Shown: piece after piece, positions 1-13,995 of the stretch | Layout: every line of letters starts with the position of its first letter | How positions within the stretch are numbered: position 1 is the first letter of the stretch | Source of the DNA: Octopus bimaculoides | Taxonomy: Eukaryota | NCBI RefSeq assembly: GCF_001194135.2 | Contig: NC_068989.1 | Location: 39,182,642-39,246,641 of the forward strand | DNA length: 64,000 nucleotides | Direction: 5' to 3' | The notes under the pieces: model-generated | The model's input: only the letters and a program-made list of their open reading frames with translations | What the model was told of the DNA's origin: nothing | Database searches by the model: none | Translations under genes and position numbers: made by a program

Positions 1-170
1 CCCACTACACTCTCTGAGTGGTTGGCGTTAGGAAGGGCATCCAGCTGTAGAAGCTCTGCCAAATTAGATTGGAGCCTGGTGTAGCCATCCGGTTGCACCA
101 GTCCTCAGTCAAATCGTCCAACCCATGCTAGCATGGAAAGCGGACGTTAAACGATGATGATGATGATGAT
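1..170 (+). mobile_element. 3' end of a high-copy SINE/RTE-3'UTR-like family with (GAT)n tail (family A)
   Basis: Motif gttggcgttaggaagggcatccagctgtag...aacccatgctagcatggaaagcggacgttaaac(gat)n. It recurs in the window at about 4345-4700(-), 33482-33765(+), 35560-35690(+), 54195-54502(+) and 56330-56665(+). Confidence 0.8.
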
Positions 171-540
171 GATTCTATCCTCACCACCAAAAAAAAAAAA
201 AAAAAAGGTGGAGGAAACAATTATTGCTGCACTATTAACAACATACTTGCTGTTATTTCTAGCCATGTGGTTACTCCTGTACAGATGGCTGCACTTTTCA
301 TTTCTCCTTAGCCATTTTCCACACAGAGATGTCATCATCCTGATACCTTATACCAGATCTGTACCAATTACAGAAGCAGAAGAGCTCAAGAATATTCTTC
401 AATAGGAAGCATGACAAATTAGTCTTCAATTCCACAGGAACACATATTTGCAATGGGAATTACATTATAATAGTGTTGGTTCAATATGCTTCAGTAAAGA
501 CTTGTTGCTGGGAATTTGTTCCATATTTATTTTTATTTGT

Positions 541-571
<31 letters not shown>

Positions 572-613
572 TTTGCAGTGGAAGGGTGGAAAATATTTTT
601 CCTCAGTTGAATT

Positions 614-994
614 GTTGTTGGCACTCCGTCGCTTACAACATCGCGGGTTCCAATTGATCCAATCAATGGAACAGCTTGCTCATGAAATTAAAGTGCAAGT
701 GGCTGAGTACTCCACAGACAATGTACCCTTTACATAGTTCTCGGGGATATTCAGTGTGACAGTGTGACAAGGCTGACCCTTTGAAATACAGGCACAACAG
801 AAACAGGAAGTAAGAGTGAGAGAAAGTTGTGGTGAAAGAGTACAACAGGGTTTGCTACCATCCCCTACCGGAGTCTCGTGGAGCTTTAGGTGTTTTCAGT
901 CAATAAACACTCACAACGCCCGGTCTGGGAATCGAAACTGCGATCCTATGACTGCAAGTCCGCTGCCCTAACCACTGGGCCATTGTGCCTCCAC
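614..994 (-). mobile_element. Full-length tRNA-derived SINE (OR-type octopus SINE-like)
   Basis: Minus strand starts gtggaggcacaatggcccagtggttagggcag (A box) then gtttcgattccc (B box) and ends in an (AAC)n tail. Flanked by an 11-bp direct repeat tcagttgaatt (603-613, 995-1005). A second copy lies at 43828-44215. Confidence 0.85.
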
Positions 995-1191
995 TCAGTT
1001 GAATTACATTCTGTCCAAAAGGAAAATGTCTCACATTTTAATGTTAAGATGTGAATTGCAGTCTCTCTTTCCTGAAATAATAGGACATTTATTTTCAAAA
1101 CAAGAATGTTTCACTACTATCATATTTTCATGCTTCTAGATATGAGTGAAATAAAGATGATGTGATGGATGGACAGGTTATAGTTTATACA

Positions 1192-1195
1192 TGTG

Positions 1196-1287
<92 letters not shown>
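1192..1287. repeat. (GT)n microsatellite
   Basis: About 48 nearly perfect GT units; explains the HT/VC ORFs in the track. Confidence 0.98.
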
Positions 1288-1289
<2 letters not shown>

Positions 1290-1887
1290 AGTTTGTGCAT
1301 GTGTGTGTGTGTGCATATCTTGCTTTGTGATTTTCCCCCAAGTCTGATCATTTCATATCTTAACCCTTTTATTGATTTTAAAGTCTTTTGTTCTTTCTCT
1401 TTTTTTCTTCCTTTGTATGTTAAAACATACACCATGCAGAACTAAATCCCTCAAACTTGCTATAGGTTCTAACCCTTAATCTCTGACAATTTGAGGACTT
1501 CACACAGTTTTAATACGATGGAACTCCTCAATCTAACTGCATCTATTTCTAATGGCATTGACCTATAAAAGTTCAAACTAGACAACAATAGCAATATTAT
1601 GCTCAAACATCTGAAATGGCCACCATAGATCACCAATGCCAGCCATCCTTTTATAAACAATTAATAGAAAAATTACTATAATTCCTTTTGTTTCAATGTT
1701 ATTTTCAAAAGCTTCATAAAATGTTAGTAGTTGCAATACAACTATACACATGTATCTAAAATGTATATTATAGATGCTCTATTTTTTTAGAAGCAATTTT
1801 TGAGTAACTTTCATAGTGAAAATTATAGTATAAATGATCTAAAGGCTCCCCATCCTTTCTCTCTTTCTCCCCTTCTCTCTCATTATA

Positions 1888-1918
<31 letters not shown>

Positions 1919-2832
1919 ATGCATGCATGCATAAACGTTTACCTTTTCTCCCTCTCTCTCTCTTGCTCTCTCTCTCTCTCTTACTTTCTCTGTCTATCTA
2001 TCATTCCCTCTATATATAAAAATATTTTCTACCTCTTACTCTCTCTCTCTATCTCTCTCTCTCTCTCTCTCATTTAGCTAATTGGTTATTTCTGCCAGCC
2101 TTTATATCTTCTCTCCAGAGCTCCTTAGCAGATCCAATCCCCCATTTATTTGATTGAGTTCCTGTCCTTTCTAATAATTGCCACATTCTCACCAGCTTTT
2201 CTCTCAGTTGCTTTCATCAACCCATTTTCACCCTATTTATGAATTGACCTTTTTATGTCTTTTTGACCTTTATCAAAACAACTTATCTCTTATGCCAATT
2301 TATGGCTGAAATTGAAAAACAGCAGTTCTACTATTCATTATTTGCTAGCTAGCAAATCAAGTAAGTAATACCCTTTAGGATGATGCAGATCAATAATGTT
2401 AACATATTCACTTCAATTAAAAAAGGGTCAGGTGTGGGGAACTTGCCTATAATCATATACCAGTAGTTTTCAGCTTGTTGTTCAGCAACCCCTTTCATGG
2501 AATGGTATTTTACAAACACCCCTCTTTGTATTCCCAAAAAAAAAAGAAAGAAGCAGAAGATCGTTTTAATCAAACAAAAGCAAATTTTACACAGTGGCTT
2601 ATTATGCATATTTTCTTCAACTATTCCATCCAGGATGTGCCTCGTTTTAATTATTTCCATGAACTAGTGCCCCCTATGCTAAATTTTTATGGAAATTACT
2701 AAAGAAGATGAGGTCTTACATAATGAAATTATGTTAGACTTTGGCACATCATTAGTCATGTTTCAGCTCACTGATAACGATGTTCTATTTATATTTTAAT
2801 CCTAACACACACACACACACACACACACATAT

Positions 2833-2865
<33 letters not shown>

Positions 2866-3059
2866 CGTATATCATTGCCACCATCATTTAACAACTGTTC
2901 TCCATGCTGGCATGAGTTGACTACTTGATAGGGTCTGACTATCCATAAGGCCACAGCAGGATCTAGTGTCATTTTAGGTATGATTTCTATAGCTGGATGC
3001 TCTTCCTAATGCCACCACTTTACAGACTGTACTGAATGCTTTTTGTAAGACTCAGAAAG

Positions 3060-3930
3060 ATCAGGGAGAGGAAAAGTAAAGAGCTCCCATTTCTAAGTGG
3101 GGAGTATTTGTTGAAAGCCTAAAGTAAGATAAAGAGACAAACACAGATGTTTTGCTAATAGAGGCGATACATAGTTAATCTCTATTGTTTATAGAGATGG
3201 GGAGAAGTAGTTGAAGGAGATAAAAAAAAGGTAGTGACAGAGAGCTAGAGCAAACTCTCAAGGTACAAGAAGGTGAGCATAAGAGAGGATATGGACAGTG
3301 GGTCATGGGAGAGGAAGAGAGAGTGGATGCCTTCAAAGAGTGTAAAGGAAAGTAAAAGATAATGAAAGAGGCTGGGAGTGAATTTAGTGAGTGATGAGCA
3401 AAGGTAGAAGTGCAGTTGAGGGAATTACCAGTATGGAGAGGTGTAAGGTGAGAGATACAAAAATGGTTCAGGAAGGTGACTAGATTAGAAAGTAAGGGAT
3501 GATGTGAAAGGAGTAGGAACAGTGGAGAAGGAGATAAAGAGGTACATAAGGGGACTATAGTAAGTGGGGTATGATGGTAGAAATGAAAGGGCATTGAGAA
3601 TGATAGCAGATAAGCAAGATGTTAGGAGACAAAAGAGATCAGTTGCTGAAGTAGATGAGAGACATCAGTAGCTGAAGACATAAAACGGGGTGATTGATGT
3701 GAAGAGTGTAAGCAGGGATGACGATAAAAAATGGAAGTGGTTCCAGAAGGGCAGGGAGAATGGGAGGTGAGTAACTTTAAGGGAGGGGTTGCTGCATGTG
3801 CCTGTTCAGCTCTCAGTTGGTTACAGTAGCCAGTCAGTACCATTGATAAGGGTGTGATAGTTGTTAAGGGAATGAGAATTGACCAATGCCTTGTGAGCAA
3901 ATACAATAGACAGAAACTGTACGGAAGCCC
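3060..3930 (-). mobile_element. Possible heavily decayed non-LTR retrotransposon endonuclease fragment (Jockey/CR1-like)
   Basis: Strong purine skew on + and Leu/Ser/His/Pro-rich minus-strand frames with only faint resemblance to APE-domain spacing. No intact catalytic motif seen. Confidence 0.3.
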
Positions 3931-4344
3931 ATCATGTGTGTGTGTGTGTGTGCATATGTTTGTGTGTGTGTGCATATGTTTGTGTGTGTGTTTTGCCCAT
4001 TTTGATGCTGGTTGTTTGCATCTACATAACTTAGCAGTTTGGCAAAAAGAGGCACTAGAATAAGTACCAGGCTTAATAAAACATAAGTAGTAAAGGCATT
4101 TTGCTCAATGATAGCCCTTCAAAGTAGTGCCCCCTGCATAGCTGTAGTCCAATGACTGAAATGTGTAAATGATAAAAGATATTACAGACAGAGTCAGTGA
4201 CAAAGTAATAACTTTCTTGATCACTTATATGATGGCCACATCTTCCTCAAATATATTCTTGCCATTTTGTTGAAAATAGGATGTACATATGAGAAGATCT
4301 GAAAATATGGATCAGTATGCTACACATCAATATGCATCCTCCTC

Positions 4345-4700
4345 ATCATCATCATTATCGTCATTTAGTGTACATATTCCATGCTGATATGGGTTAGATG
4401 GTTTGACTGGGACTGGTAAGCCAGAGGGATGTACCAGGCTTCAGTCTGATTTGGATTGGTTTCCATTGTTGGATGCCCTTCCTAACACCAACCATTCTAA
4501 GAGCATAGTAGGTGCCTTTTGCATGTCACTAGCACAGTTACCTTTTACACATTACAAACACTGGTCACAACTATGATTTCAATTGACTTGATGTGTCTTC
4601 TGAAGCACAGCAAATTGTCAAAGGTCTCAATCACTTATCATTGCCTCTGTGAGACCCAACATCCAAAGATCATACTTCACCATCCCATATTTTCCTGGGT
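4345..4700 (-). mobile_element. Family A SINE/RTE 3' fragment
   Basis: Reverse-complement match to 56330-56665 (ttggatgcccttcctaac, ctgtgagacccaac) with a (CAT)n tail at the left end. Confidence 0.75.
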
Positions 4701-6122
4701 CTGATACAAGTAGGTAATTGGGTAAACTATGTTATGTTATCTGGTCAACTACAGCTTATAAGATACTATTTTTCCATCTATTTTGAATCCAGTTGAGTTT
4801 ACATCAAGAGGTTGAAAAATTCTTGTTCTATAATATTACTGCTTTTAAAGTATTTCAAAGAGTCCAGGTTTACGTTAAAGTATATGGTAAATATAGTAAT
4901 AAAAATGATTTCTTCATTCATCAATCATTCATTCGTTTATTTTAGGGACTGTAAGGATGGAGGTTAATGATAATGATCTTCCATCATTATTATTATCATA
5001 ATCATCACACGTACTTCCATTATCATCATTTCTCATCAATATGAACATCATCATCGCCATCATCATTATCAATATATGAAAGAGCTAAAATAATATGAAT
5101 TTAGATTAAAATCAATTTTTTTTATTTTCATTTCTTTTTCTTTTTTCTGAAATATTCCAGTTAGTGAAATTGAAAAGATATTAGCCGGGACATTAATCAA
5201 AAGAGCAAAGACTTCAACCCTAACTCTTTCAATATACTTCCACTAAATTAAAATCTCCACATATTATTAAATTTCATATCAAATGCATATGAAATCTCAA
5301 GATTACTTTGTAGTCTGAATGAAAAATGCATTTTCCTTGAACTAATGTTAACAAAATCTACAGAAAACGAAATAAATAATTCCTCCTTCTTACTGCATAT
5401 TCATATATTATTTCACACCAACAGATTAAAAAACATTACACTGTTTTATTATTTCTCTTTTATATTTGTTGTTTCAAACTGATATATTTATTCATGAGAG
5501 GGGGGAAAATGTTTTAAAATTATGTATGCCCTCCTTGTTCTCTTTCTTCTCTTATCTACTTTATACATATGTATATACTTGTGTGTGTTGTTAGTGTGTG
5601 AGCATACGTGTGTATTTTCTCAGGTTGTTGTTGTAACATTTTATAAACTCTGGAGTAATTCAAGATTCAATCATGTCTTGCATACTTTTATTTCTCTATA
5701 TCAATATGAAAGAGTATGTGAAGCATCACTGAATATTGAATTACACTAGAGATTACAGAAACTGTTTTGGAACATGCTCCACTGGCACATGGGAGCATTT
5801 GTGACAATCAACTTGAAATCTGGTTGCAACAAATCAACCAAAAAGTAGTTTCTGTTGTAATCACTTCCCTCCTTAATAGTAACACCACGGAACATCATAT
5901 AAAATCAACTTTCATGCTCATCAATAAAAACATTTCCTTCCCACACATACTCACACATGTGCAAGAAGAAATACTGGCAATTACATACAACATCTCTACA
6001 ATATAGAGAGCACACTGAGAAGATTATTGTAAAAAAAAAGATTAAAGACAAACAAAATACTTAGTCCTTGCAGGTAAAACATTTGGACAATAGAAAGCAG
6101 CAAAATTAAACTACAAGCTATA

Positions 6123-6331
6123 TGAGAGGGTGCTGAAAAGTTCCTGGCTTTAAGGGTATCACGAAAGGCCTTCCAAGTTCTTTTACAGGGCTTAGGAAAA
6201 CTGAAGGACCACTGCAATAAGTGTGTGAATCTGAGACGAATCTGAAGGGAATATGTGTAATAAAATCATAACTAACTGACCCTCTTGTATTTACTTTTAC
6301 CCAAAGCCAGGAAATTTTCAGCACCCCATCG
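6123..6331 (+). mobile_element. Mariner-derived MITE
   Basis: TIRs tgagagggtgctgaaaagttcctggcttt / aaagccaggaaattttcagcaccccatcg with TA on both sides. The interior keeps a remnant of the transposase C-terminus (KCVNL...GEYV). Confidence 0.85.
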
Positions 6332-7283
6332 TATATTGTATTGACCATGAAGGCAGCAAGTTTGCAGATTTGTTAGCATTCCAGGTAAACTGTTTAGAAG
6401 CATTTCTTCTGACTTTACATTTTGAATTCAAATGTTGCCAAGGTCAACTTCCCCTTTCATCCTTTCAATAATTTTGATACACTCCTGTACAGTTTCTGTC
6501 ATCCCAATTTTAGTTACAAGGCATGGGTTGACCTGAAGCTATAGAAAATAAGATTTGCTCAAGATAATACACAGAAGAATTGAACGCAGGACATTCTGTT
6601 TACAATGTAACCATCTTAACCATTCAGTAAAACTGCAACTACCAAACGATATGCAATACTATGTCACAATACATACCACAACACTATTACACAAGGTAGC
6701 AGTGTTATCATCCAATATAAACTATATTTTTTAAGATGTTGCCTGTATGTATCATCCTTCATAATCTACCTGATTTAGTTAACCAAACAAATGAGTTCTG
6801 AAAATTACATAATAAGAGGGCACCTGCCTCACATATAACCAAATTAAATTTGTTTTGAGACTTCAGTTTCTGTTAACCCCATATTAGAAAGATACTTCTA
6901 ATACAGATTCTATTACAATAGCTTATCTCAGGAATCCTTTATCACAAAAGTAGGTCTTGCTTCTACTTTCTTTACCACTGGCTTTCCAAAACTCTTTCCT
7001 CATACCAACTAATAAAACTCTTTTTAATCTGTGTATATTGTAGCTAAAACTATCAGTAAATATAATGGTATTTTGAATTCAGAGACAATGTTCAGCAGTG
7101 TTTTATTTCATATGTGTAGTTAGTTATTCATAAACTACTAGATTGAGCGGTTAATCTTCAGACAACAAGCAAAATCACAAAGGAGTTTTCTGTTCATATC
7201 TAATAAACAACCATCCAAATCTTTTTAGCAAATATATCACACAGTGTGTGTGTGTGTGTGTGTGTGTTTGTGTGTGTGTGTTT

Positions 7284-7314
<31 letters not shown>

Positions 7315-8747
7315 CATATATATCTGTGTGTCTTTGAGTGGCCCCAAATAATACAGGTTTTATTCCACAATAATAACCAACTTGCATTCCATTCCCACTA
7401 GACACTGAGTATAGTACTTAAAGTGGTTTCCAGGTTGTCTGTGAGTGTATGTTTATGTACATATGTGTATACATACACACACACATACATATATATGACG
7501 AAAGAGATATATGCTCATATGTGCAGATATATACAGTGTATACATACATTGAAATACATCTATGTTTTCTTGCATATCATACTGGAATAAACGCTTATAT
7601 TAAAATTTATATTCGCCTATGAGGAATTATCAGAACTTAACATGAACAGACAGAAGTAGATGGTGTGAACATATATAATTCAATAAAATATATAGCCTGA
7701 CTTCTCTGTCGAATGTCGAATATGAACAAAACAACTTCTATAATCCATTTCTGTTGTAATTTTTCTTTTTTAGTTGTCATTGGTATATATCCCCCTATCT
7801 TTGTTATTTTTATTTACTTATTTTATTTGGGTTTTTGATTTTTTTTTTTTTTTGTTACTGTCTCTAGAATATAACTCACTGCTAATCTCACAACTTTTTT
7901 TTTTATCTTGTATTCTGACTTGTAACCCAATATCTTCAAAGATAGCTATTTTGTATTTACATTTGTTGCATAGTTGAAACCATGCAAGCATGGAAAATGG
8001 ACATAAAAGTGATTAAAGTGGTGTTATTCTGTTATTTTATTTTTTTGTTTTCCTTTTTTTTTTTTCTCCCTTTTCTGAAATGTGACCGTGTATGTAATTC
8101 AAACTCCATAATACTTTTTTCTCAAGTGGGGACAAATATATTTATCGCATAGACCCAAACAAAAATGTTTAATCAATTACAATTATATCTGTAAGAAAAT
8201 AGAAAAGCAATCATTAACACCAATGATAATTCCTAACAAAGGCAAGGGAGAATACTACAACATTCAAATAGATTAAAAATTAGAAGCATGCAGTAACACT
8301 CTTACTTCAGAATTGTTACCTCTGGCCTTCCGAAGGAATTCTTTATAAGATAAATTTATTTGGTCTTTTTTATCATATGCTTTAAAAAATTGATACAAGA
8401 AATAATCTGCTGCAGTTGAACATCTGTTGCTCACGATTTTTCCAAGTAGTAGTAATTATCTATTAGATAAAGATTAGTGAAATACATGCAGATATCAACT
8501 AGGTTACACAAACATCTAAAAAGAATAAATCATAGGTGGAGAATTATGTTAGTATTCATATTACTATTAATAACATAGCCTTTAGCAATAGTTCATCCAA
8601 GTGAAGGGACACATTTCATAAATTTTTGTAATTTTTAGATGTAGTGAAAGTAAGATTAATTGACATGATGCCATGTTTTGCAGTTAAATCTCTCATTCTC
8701 TTTCACTCACACACACACATGTATGCATATCCATATATATGCACATA

Positions 8748-9317
8748 TTCAAAGTCTGATCAGAAAGTGTCAGGACTGGTACCATAAAAGGAAAACTCTA
8801 AACATATCAATTTGGCATTTAATCTCCTTTGAAGTATTCCCTACCTGAAGCCCCACACTTTTATCCAGCATAATCTCCATTGATGGAAGCATTCCTGGAA
8901 CTCTTTTTAAGGGACAGCGAACAGGTACCTTGTTACATTCTCTTGGATTTCCTCAATATTTTGAAATCTTGTTCCTTTGAAGTGGAATTTGATTTTTGTC
9001 TTGGTTTTAGGGTCATAGCCATTGTCCCTTGATTCATCACCTGTTATGACCGCTTTCAAAATATTTTCATCTTCTTTTACACAATCAAGGAAATCCTTCA
9101 CAGCTGAAACCCATTTTTTGTGGTGGGGTGGGGATTTTCACACTCTACACACTTTACTGCCAAACACTGCTATATGCAATGGAAGTGAGCAAGAATGTTA
9201 TAAGTTAGTGTGCATGTGCAATAGAGTTGAAAGTCAGTCTGTGCCAAGTGGTGTCCTTCTATGTACGTTTACTCTTTTACCATAGTAACAGTTCTGATGT
9301 TCTTTGATCAAAACTCT
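8748..9317 (-). mobile_element. Internally deleted mariner transposon
   Basis: Degenerate TIRs (gtctgatcagaaagtgtcaggactg / cagttctgatgttctttgatcaaaact) with flanking TA. Minus ORF 8907-9101 joins ITGDESxxxGYDPKTK directly to the C-terminal KGTRFQNIEEIQENVT, so the DD34D core is deleted. Confidence 0.8.
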
Positions 9318-10120
9318 TATATAAACTGCCACACCAGAGTAGAATATACTGTGCTGAGGAGGTTTTATAAGACTGAAACATGTCTATTGCATGAAAATGT
9401 ATAGTCTAGTGGCAAAGGTTGTTTGGCTCCTGATCATAAGGCAGTAGGTTCAATTACTACATTGGTGGTATGTTGTGTCCTTCAGCAAGACACTTCACTT
9501 CAAATTACTCCAATATACTCTGCAGTAATGAGTACCCACTGAGTATTACTACAGACTTCTCTCCTTCCAGTTGTCATGTTTTGGATATTCTGTAGGGTCA
9601 ACCATGAAGGAGAGGGACTGAAAGAGTTTCCATATCAACTCATAATTATATAACCACCTAAAACATGTAATAAACATTTGGTACATGCTTCCCAGCCATG
9701 TTTGCATGCTTTCCCTCATTGGGTTTGAAAATAAGATTCATTCCAATTTGCATTACTGCTATTGTCCAAAAATTTTGATTGATTAATGCTAATGAAGTTA
9801 ACATTCTTGATTATCATTTACTTCATATGTATTTTAAATACCTCTAAAGGGAGATTTTATGAACTAATTGCTTGGATAATTTCCGTAAATCAAATTTTCT
9901 CAATTCACTATATTATACATGTATATATTTACACACACACATACACACACACACGTATATATACACAACCAAGCTTTTCAGTCTTCATCTACCAGATCCT
10001 CTCTCAAGGCTTTGGTTGGCCTGAAGCTATAGTAGAAGACACTTGCTAAAGGTGTCACACAGTGGGAATGAAACCAAAACCAAGTGGTTTGGAAACAAAC
10101 TTCTTACCACACAGCCACGT

Positions 10121-10155
<35 letters not shown>

Positions 10156-10800
10156 TATGTATGTTCCTTCATTTATTTAACACCTGTTTGCTATGCTAGT
10201 ATGGTTTGGGACTTATATCCTTGAGGTAGGATTTTATAGCCAGACATATTTCTTGTCACCAATCCTTACCCATTTTACAAGGGATTCCATAAATCCAAAA
10301 GTCTTCAAAAGCACTGAATGATGGAGTCTTCATGCCAAGTATACTGGCAGTAGACCAAGGATCAGACCAAGAATGAGATGTTTGGATAATATTCTTAGCC
10401 TCAGTTGGTCATGATTGGGAATCCAGCTGAAAAGTGTAATGATGGTTGCTTCCGATAGGACTTTACTCTCATGGCCATCCCAAGAATAGAGGGCAGAGAA
10501 GATGAAGGGATGGATATGTATGTGTACATTTATATATATAAATATGTTATGTGTATGTATGTGTGTATGTGTGTGTGTGTATATATATTTATGGATGGAT
10601 ATGTATGTGTGTGTGTATATCTATATATATAAACATGCTATGTGTATGTATGTGTGTGTATATATATATATATTTATATGTGTGTGTGTGTGTATTTATG
10701 GATGGATATGTATGTGTGTGTGTGTGTGTGTATATTTATGCATAGAAATATGCTATGTGCATGTATGTATGTGTGCGTTCATGTATACACACACACAGTG

Positions 10801-11003
10801 GGTGGGGATGCTGAAAAGTTCCTGGCTTTGGGTAAAAGAAAATACAGGAGGATCGATTAATTACGATTTAATTAAACATATTCCCCTCTTAGATTCACAC
10901 ACTCGCTGCAGTAGTCTTTCAGTTTTTCTAAGCTCTGTAAAAGAACTTGGAAGGTTGGGCCTCCAACCAGCCCTTTCGCAATACCCTTTCACAACCCCTC
11001 ATA
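10801..11003 (-). mobile_element. Mariner-derived MITE, second copy of 6123-6331 family
   Basis: gatgctgaaaagttcctggctttgggtaaaag TIR; interior is the reverse complement of 6123-6331. The right TIR is degraded. Confidence 0.7.
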
Positions 11004-11054
11004 TATGCATGCACATTTGTGTGAACGACTGTATGTATCTATTTATGTGTACAT

Positions 11055-11094
<40 letters not shown>

Positions 11095-12767
11095 CATACA
11101 CACACACACACACACATACACATTTTGATGAGATTCTACCTAGTGTCCTATGAATTTTACTTTAAAAAGCAATGAGAAAATCAGTCATTTTACTAATGAA
11201 CTAGCAGTAATACCCGTTGTTGATCAGGTAATTACTTTTACTTTTTCTTGGGAGCCACGTTCAAAGTCTTATTATATATAGAGATTTACTCCTCCTGTAT
11301 GTGCATATCTTATGAGAAAAAACATGTACTAATTGAAGTAGAAAAAAGATCAATTTCATACACAAACTTCTGTTTGTTTATTATATGGCAATAAGACGTG
11401 AGTTGTATGTGTTATATATCAATACAGTAATGACAATTATATAATATATAAGGTTTTGGTTGGCACACAGCTGTAATGAAAGAGAATTGCCCAACATGCC
11501 GCACAGTGGGACTGAACCCAAGGTGACATGGTTGGAAAGCAAGCTTCTCAACCACTCAGCCATGCCAATAAAGGAAAGGTACATTTTAGATAATATACTC
11601 CTTGATATAAGAAGATGGGAGATTTACAGCAAGAAGACCTTTGATTTTTAATATTCACTCAAGCATCGCAACAACTAACAACATTACACCATACAGGGTG
11701 ATCCAGAATTAACTATCTGTTTCAATGAAATTGAGCAAATTTTTAAAAAAACTGATAGAATTTTATGCTTATTACCAAAACAAATAGATTTATAAATCTT
11801 ACGTCAAACTTTTATTGAAAATTTTCAACATGTCTGTATCCATGCATACTTCAAATCTCTCCTTAACATTGTAAAACACACAATGACATGACAAAAACAC
11901 ATACAAACACCCATCCTTTGTTTTATATATATAGATTACCTTCCCACATGGAAACAAAGACTTTAAAAATGTTTATTTGTCCAAAGTGAACTGATAATGG
12001 TTTATTGCTTCCTGAAGAGGGAGCAACTATGGCTATTTTTTTTTAAACCCTTACTTTACAACCATATTTGTGTGTGTTCAATCCTACTGTATGGCATCTT
12101 GGACCAATGTCTTCTAGAGTCTCAACTTGACCAATTTCTTGTGAGTGGAATTTTAGACAGAATCTTTGACAAAGCCTCTCACACACATGGGTGTGTGTGT
12201 ATGTAAATATGTCTGTATGCATGTGTGTGTGTGTGTGTGTGAACATATGTATATGTGTATATTTGCTTGTTTGTTTGTTATGCAGAGATATAAATATACT
12301 TATGTTGATGGATGAAAACACCACAGGGAGAGATGAACCTCAAGGTCCTGTTGGAAAATCAATCTAGGAGTCAAAGAGAAGGCGACTCTGATGTAAAACT
12401 CAAGGGTTGTTCAGCTCCTGGCCATCCTAGCTGTGGTCACTTAGAGGGAAATTGTTCTATGTGAAAAGTGAGTGAAGTTCAGTCAATGTTTTACACACAA
12501 TGATCAATTTCATGCATAAGAACTCCTTGAAAAATATACTGTGGATCTCTCACATAGTCTTGAACCAGTATATTCATAGAATATTTTGGTTTATGAAGCT
12601 GAAAGCATGAATTTGCAAACCTACATAGAAATAACTTGTGACATAGGTTGCAGTTACAAACTATGATGGGAAATATTTGGCAGTGTCTTGAGTGACTGAG
12701 TAGTTCTTTCCAATGATAGAAATGCTAACTTGTTAATCTGGAAGGGCTGAGAAAAGATAGTCTAAAC

Positions 12768-12902
12768 CAATGGTTCTCAACTGGGTCCATATGACACTTG
12801 GGGGTCTATATGACCTTTAGGGGTCTGAATGGCTCTGAGGACTCTGCAGAGTAAAATAGGAATCAAAGGGGTCCATAGGCAAATAATGGCTGAGAACCAC
12901 TG
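12768..12902. mobile_element. hAT (Charlie-like) MITE
   Basis: TIRs caatggttctcaac / gctgagaaccactg and a perfect 8-bp target-site duplication gtctaaac (12760-12767, 12903-12910). Confidence 0.9.
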
Positions 12903-13924
12903 GTCTAAACAAAGCTTTCCTGGTAAGACTAAAGAGTCCTCTCTATCTTGTGGTATCATCATTCATTCACTGTATCAGAGTGTTGTCTTATCTACTTAAA
13001 ACAGGAGAAATTATTTGGCATGTCAGCCTCATGGATCAGTGGGAATTTAAATGAATTCTCACTTCATGAACTGAAGTAATTAATGTAAAATCTCTTTAAT
13101 TATTGATGTCATCTTTTGATTAAATACCTTAAACATGTGCTTAATAAACTATAATTTAACAAATTTTTTTTTTAAAGTCAAGATGAGATCTGCTGCTATG
13201 AGAGCAAGGTTGAATTGCTTCCAAAGTGAAGCTTTCTAACTGGCTTAGCAAATGCCTTCCTTTGTTATCATAATGAACAACTGAGAGAAAAAAATAGCTT
13301 TCTAGCTCTTAACATGCTGTTAAATTACTTTTCAAATCAACCAAGTAATAAGGGGTTTAGAATTAGTTATTGTTGTTTCTGTAGACTAGAAAATATTTTG
13401 AGAGACTGAAAATGATGGTAGCACAATTCACTAAAAAGTTTTTGATGGTATTCATAACAAGAGTGTACTCTGCCTCCTCTTTGTCTGGTAATCTCTCTTT
13501 ACCCTTTCTCTATGCATAACAAGATGTAATCTTAAGGTCTGTGCCAGACATTTCTTGATTGCTACATTTGATTCAGCTTGATATTACTACTGTATATCAT
13601 CACTGCACTGTATTTAACAGCTGCAAAAAGTCAATGTTTATTGGCTTCATATTATTCGTTTACAAACCATTTTTCTTTGTTTTTGCCCGCCTTCATTTTC
13701 TTTCTCTTTGTTTCCCTTTCTCTTTTTTTTTTCTCTTCAATATGTTGATTTTTTCTTTGACAGCTTGCATTTAAGATAAACAAACCTAATTTCACATGAA
13801 TAGGATAGAGTTATTTTATGTTTTTTTTTAATTCTTTCATTTTGTCAGTTGAAAAATTTTCTCAAAATTATTTATATTCTTTTTGTAATTATTTTCTTCT
13901 ATCTTTTATTGATTTATTTATTAT

Positions 13925-13944
13925 TACTACTACTACTGCTACTG

Positions 13945-13995
<51 letters not shown>
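13925..13995. repeat. (TAC)n microsatellite
   Basis: About 23 TAC units with two TGC variants. Confidence 0.95.

Noticed and set aside
11694-11900. TA|CAGGGTG start suggestive of a Tc1/maT TIR (similar at about 39915)
   Set aside because: No matching second TIR or clear transposase motif found; too degenerate to call.
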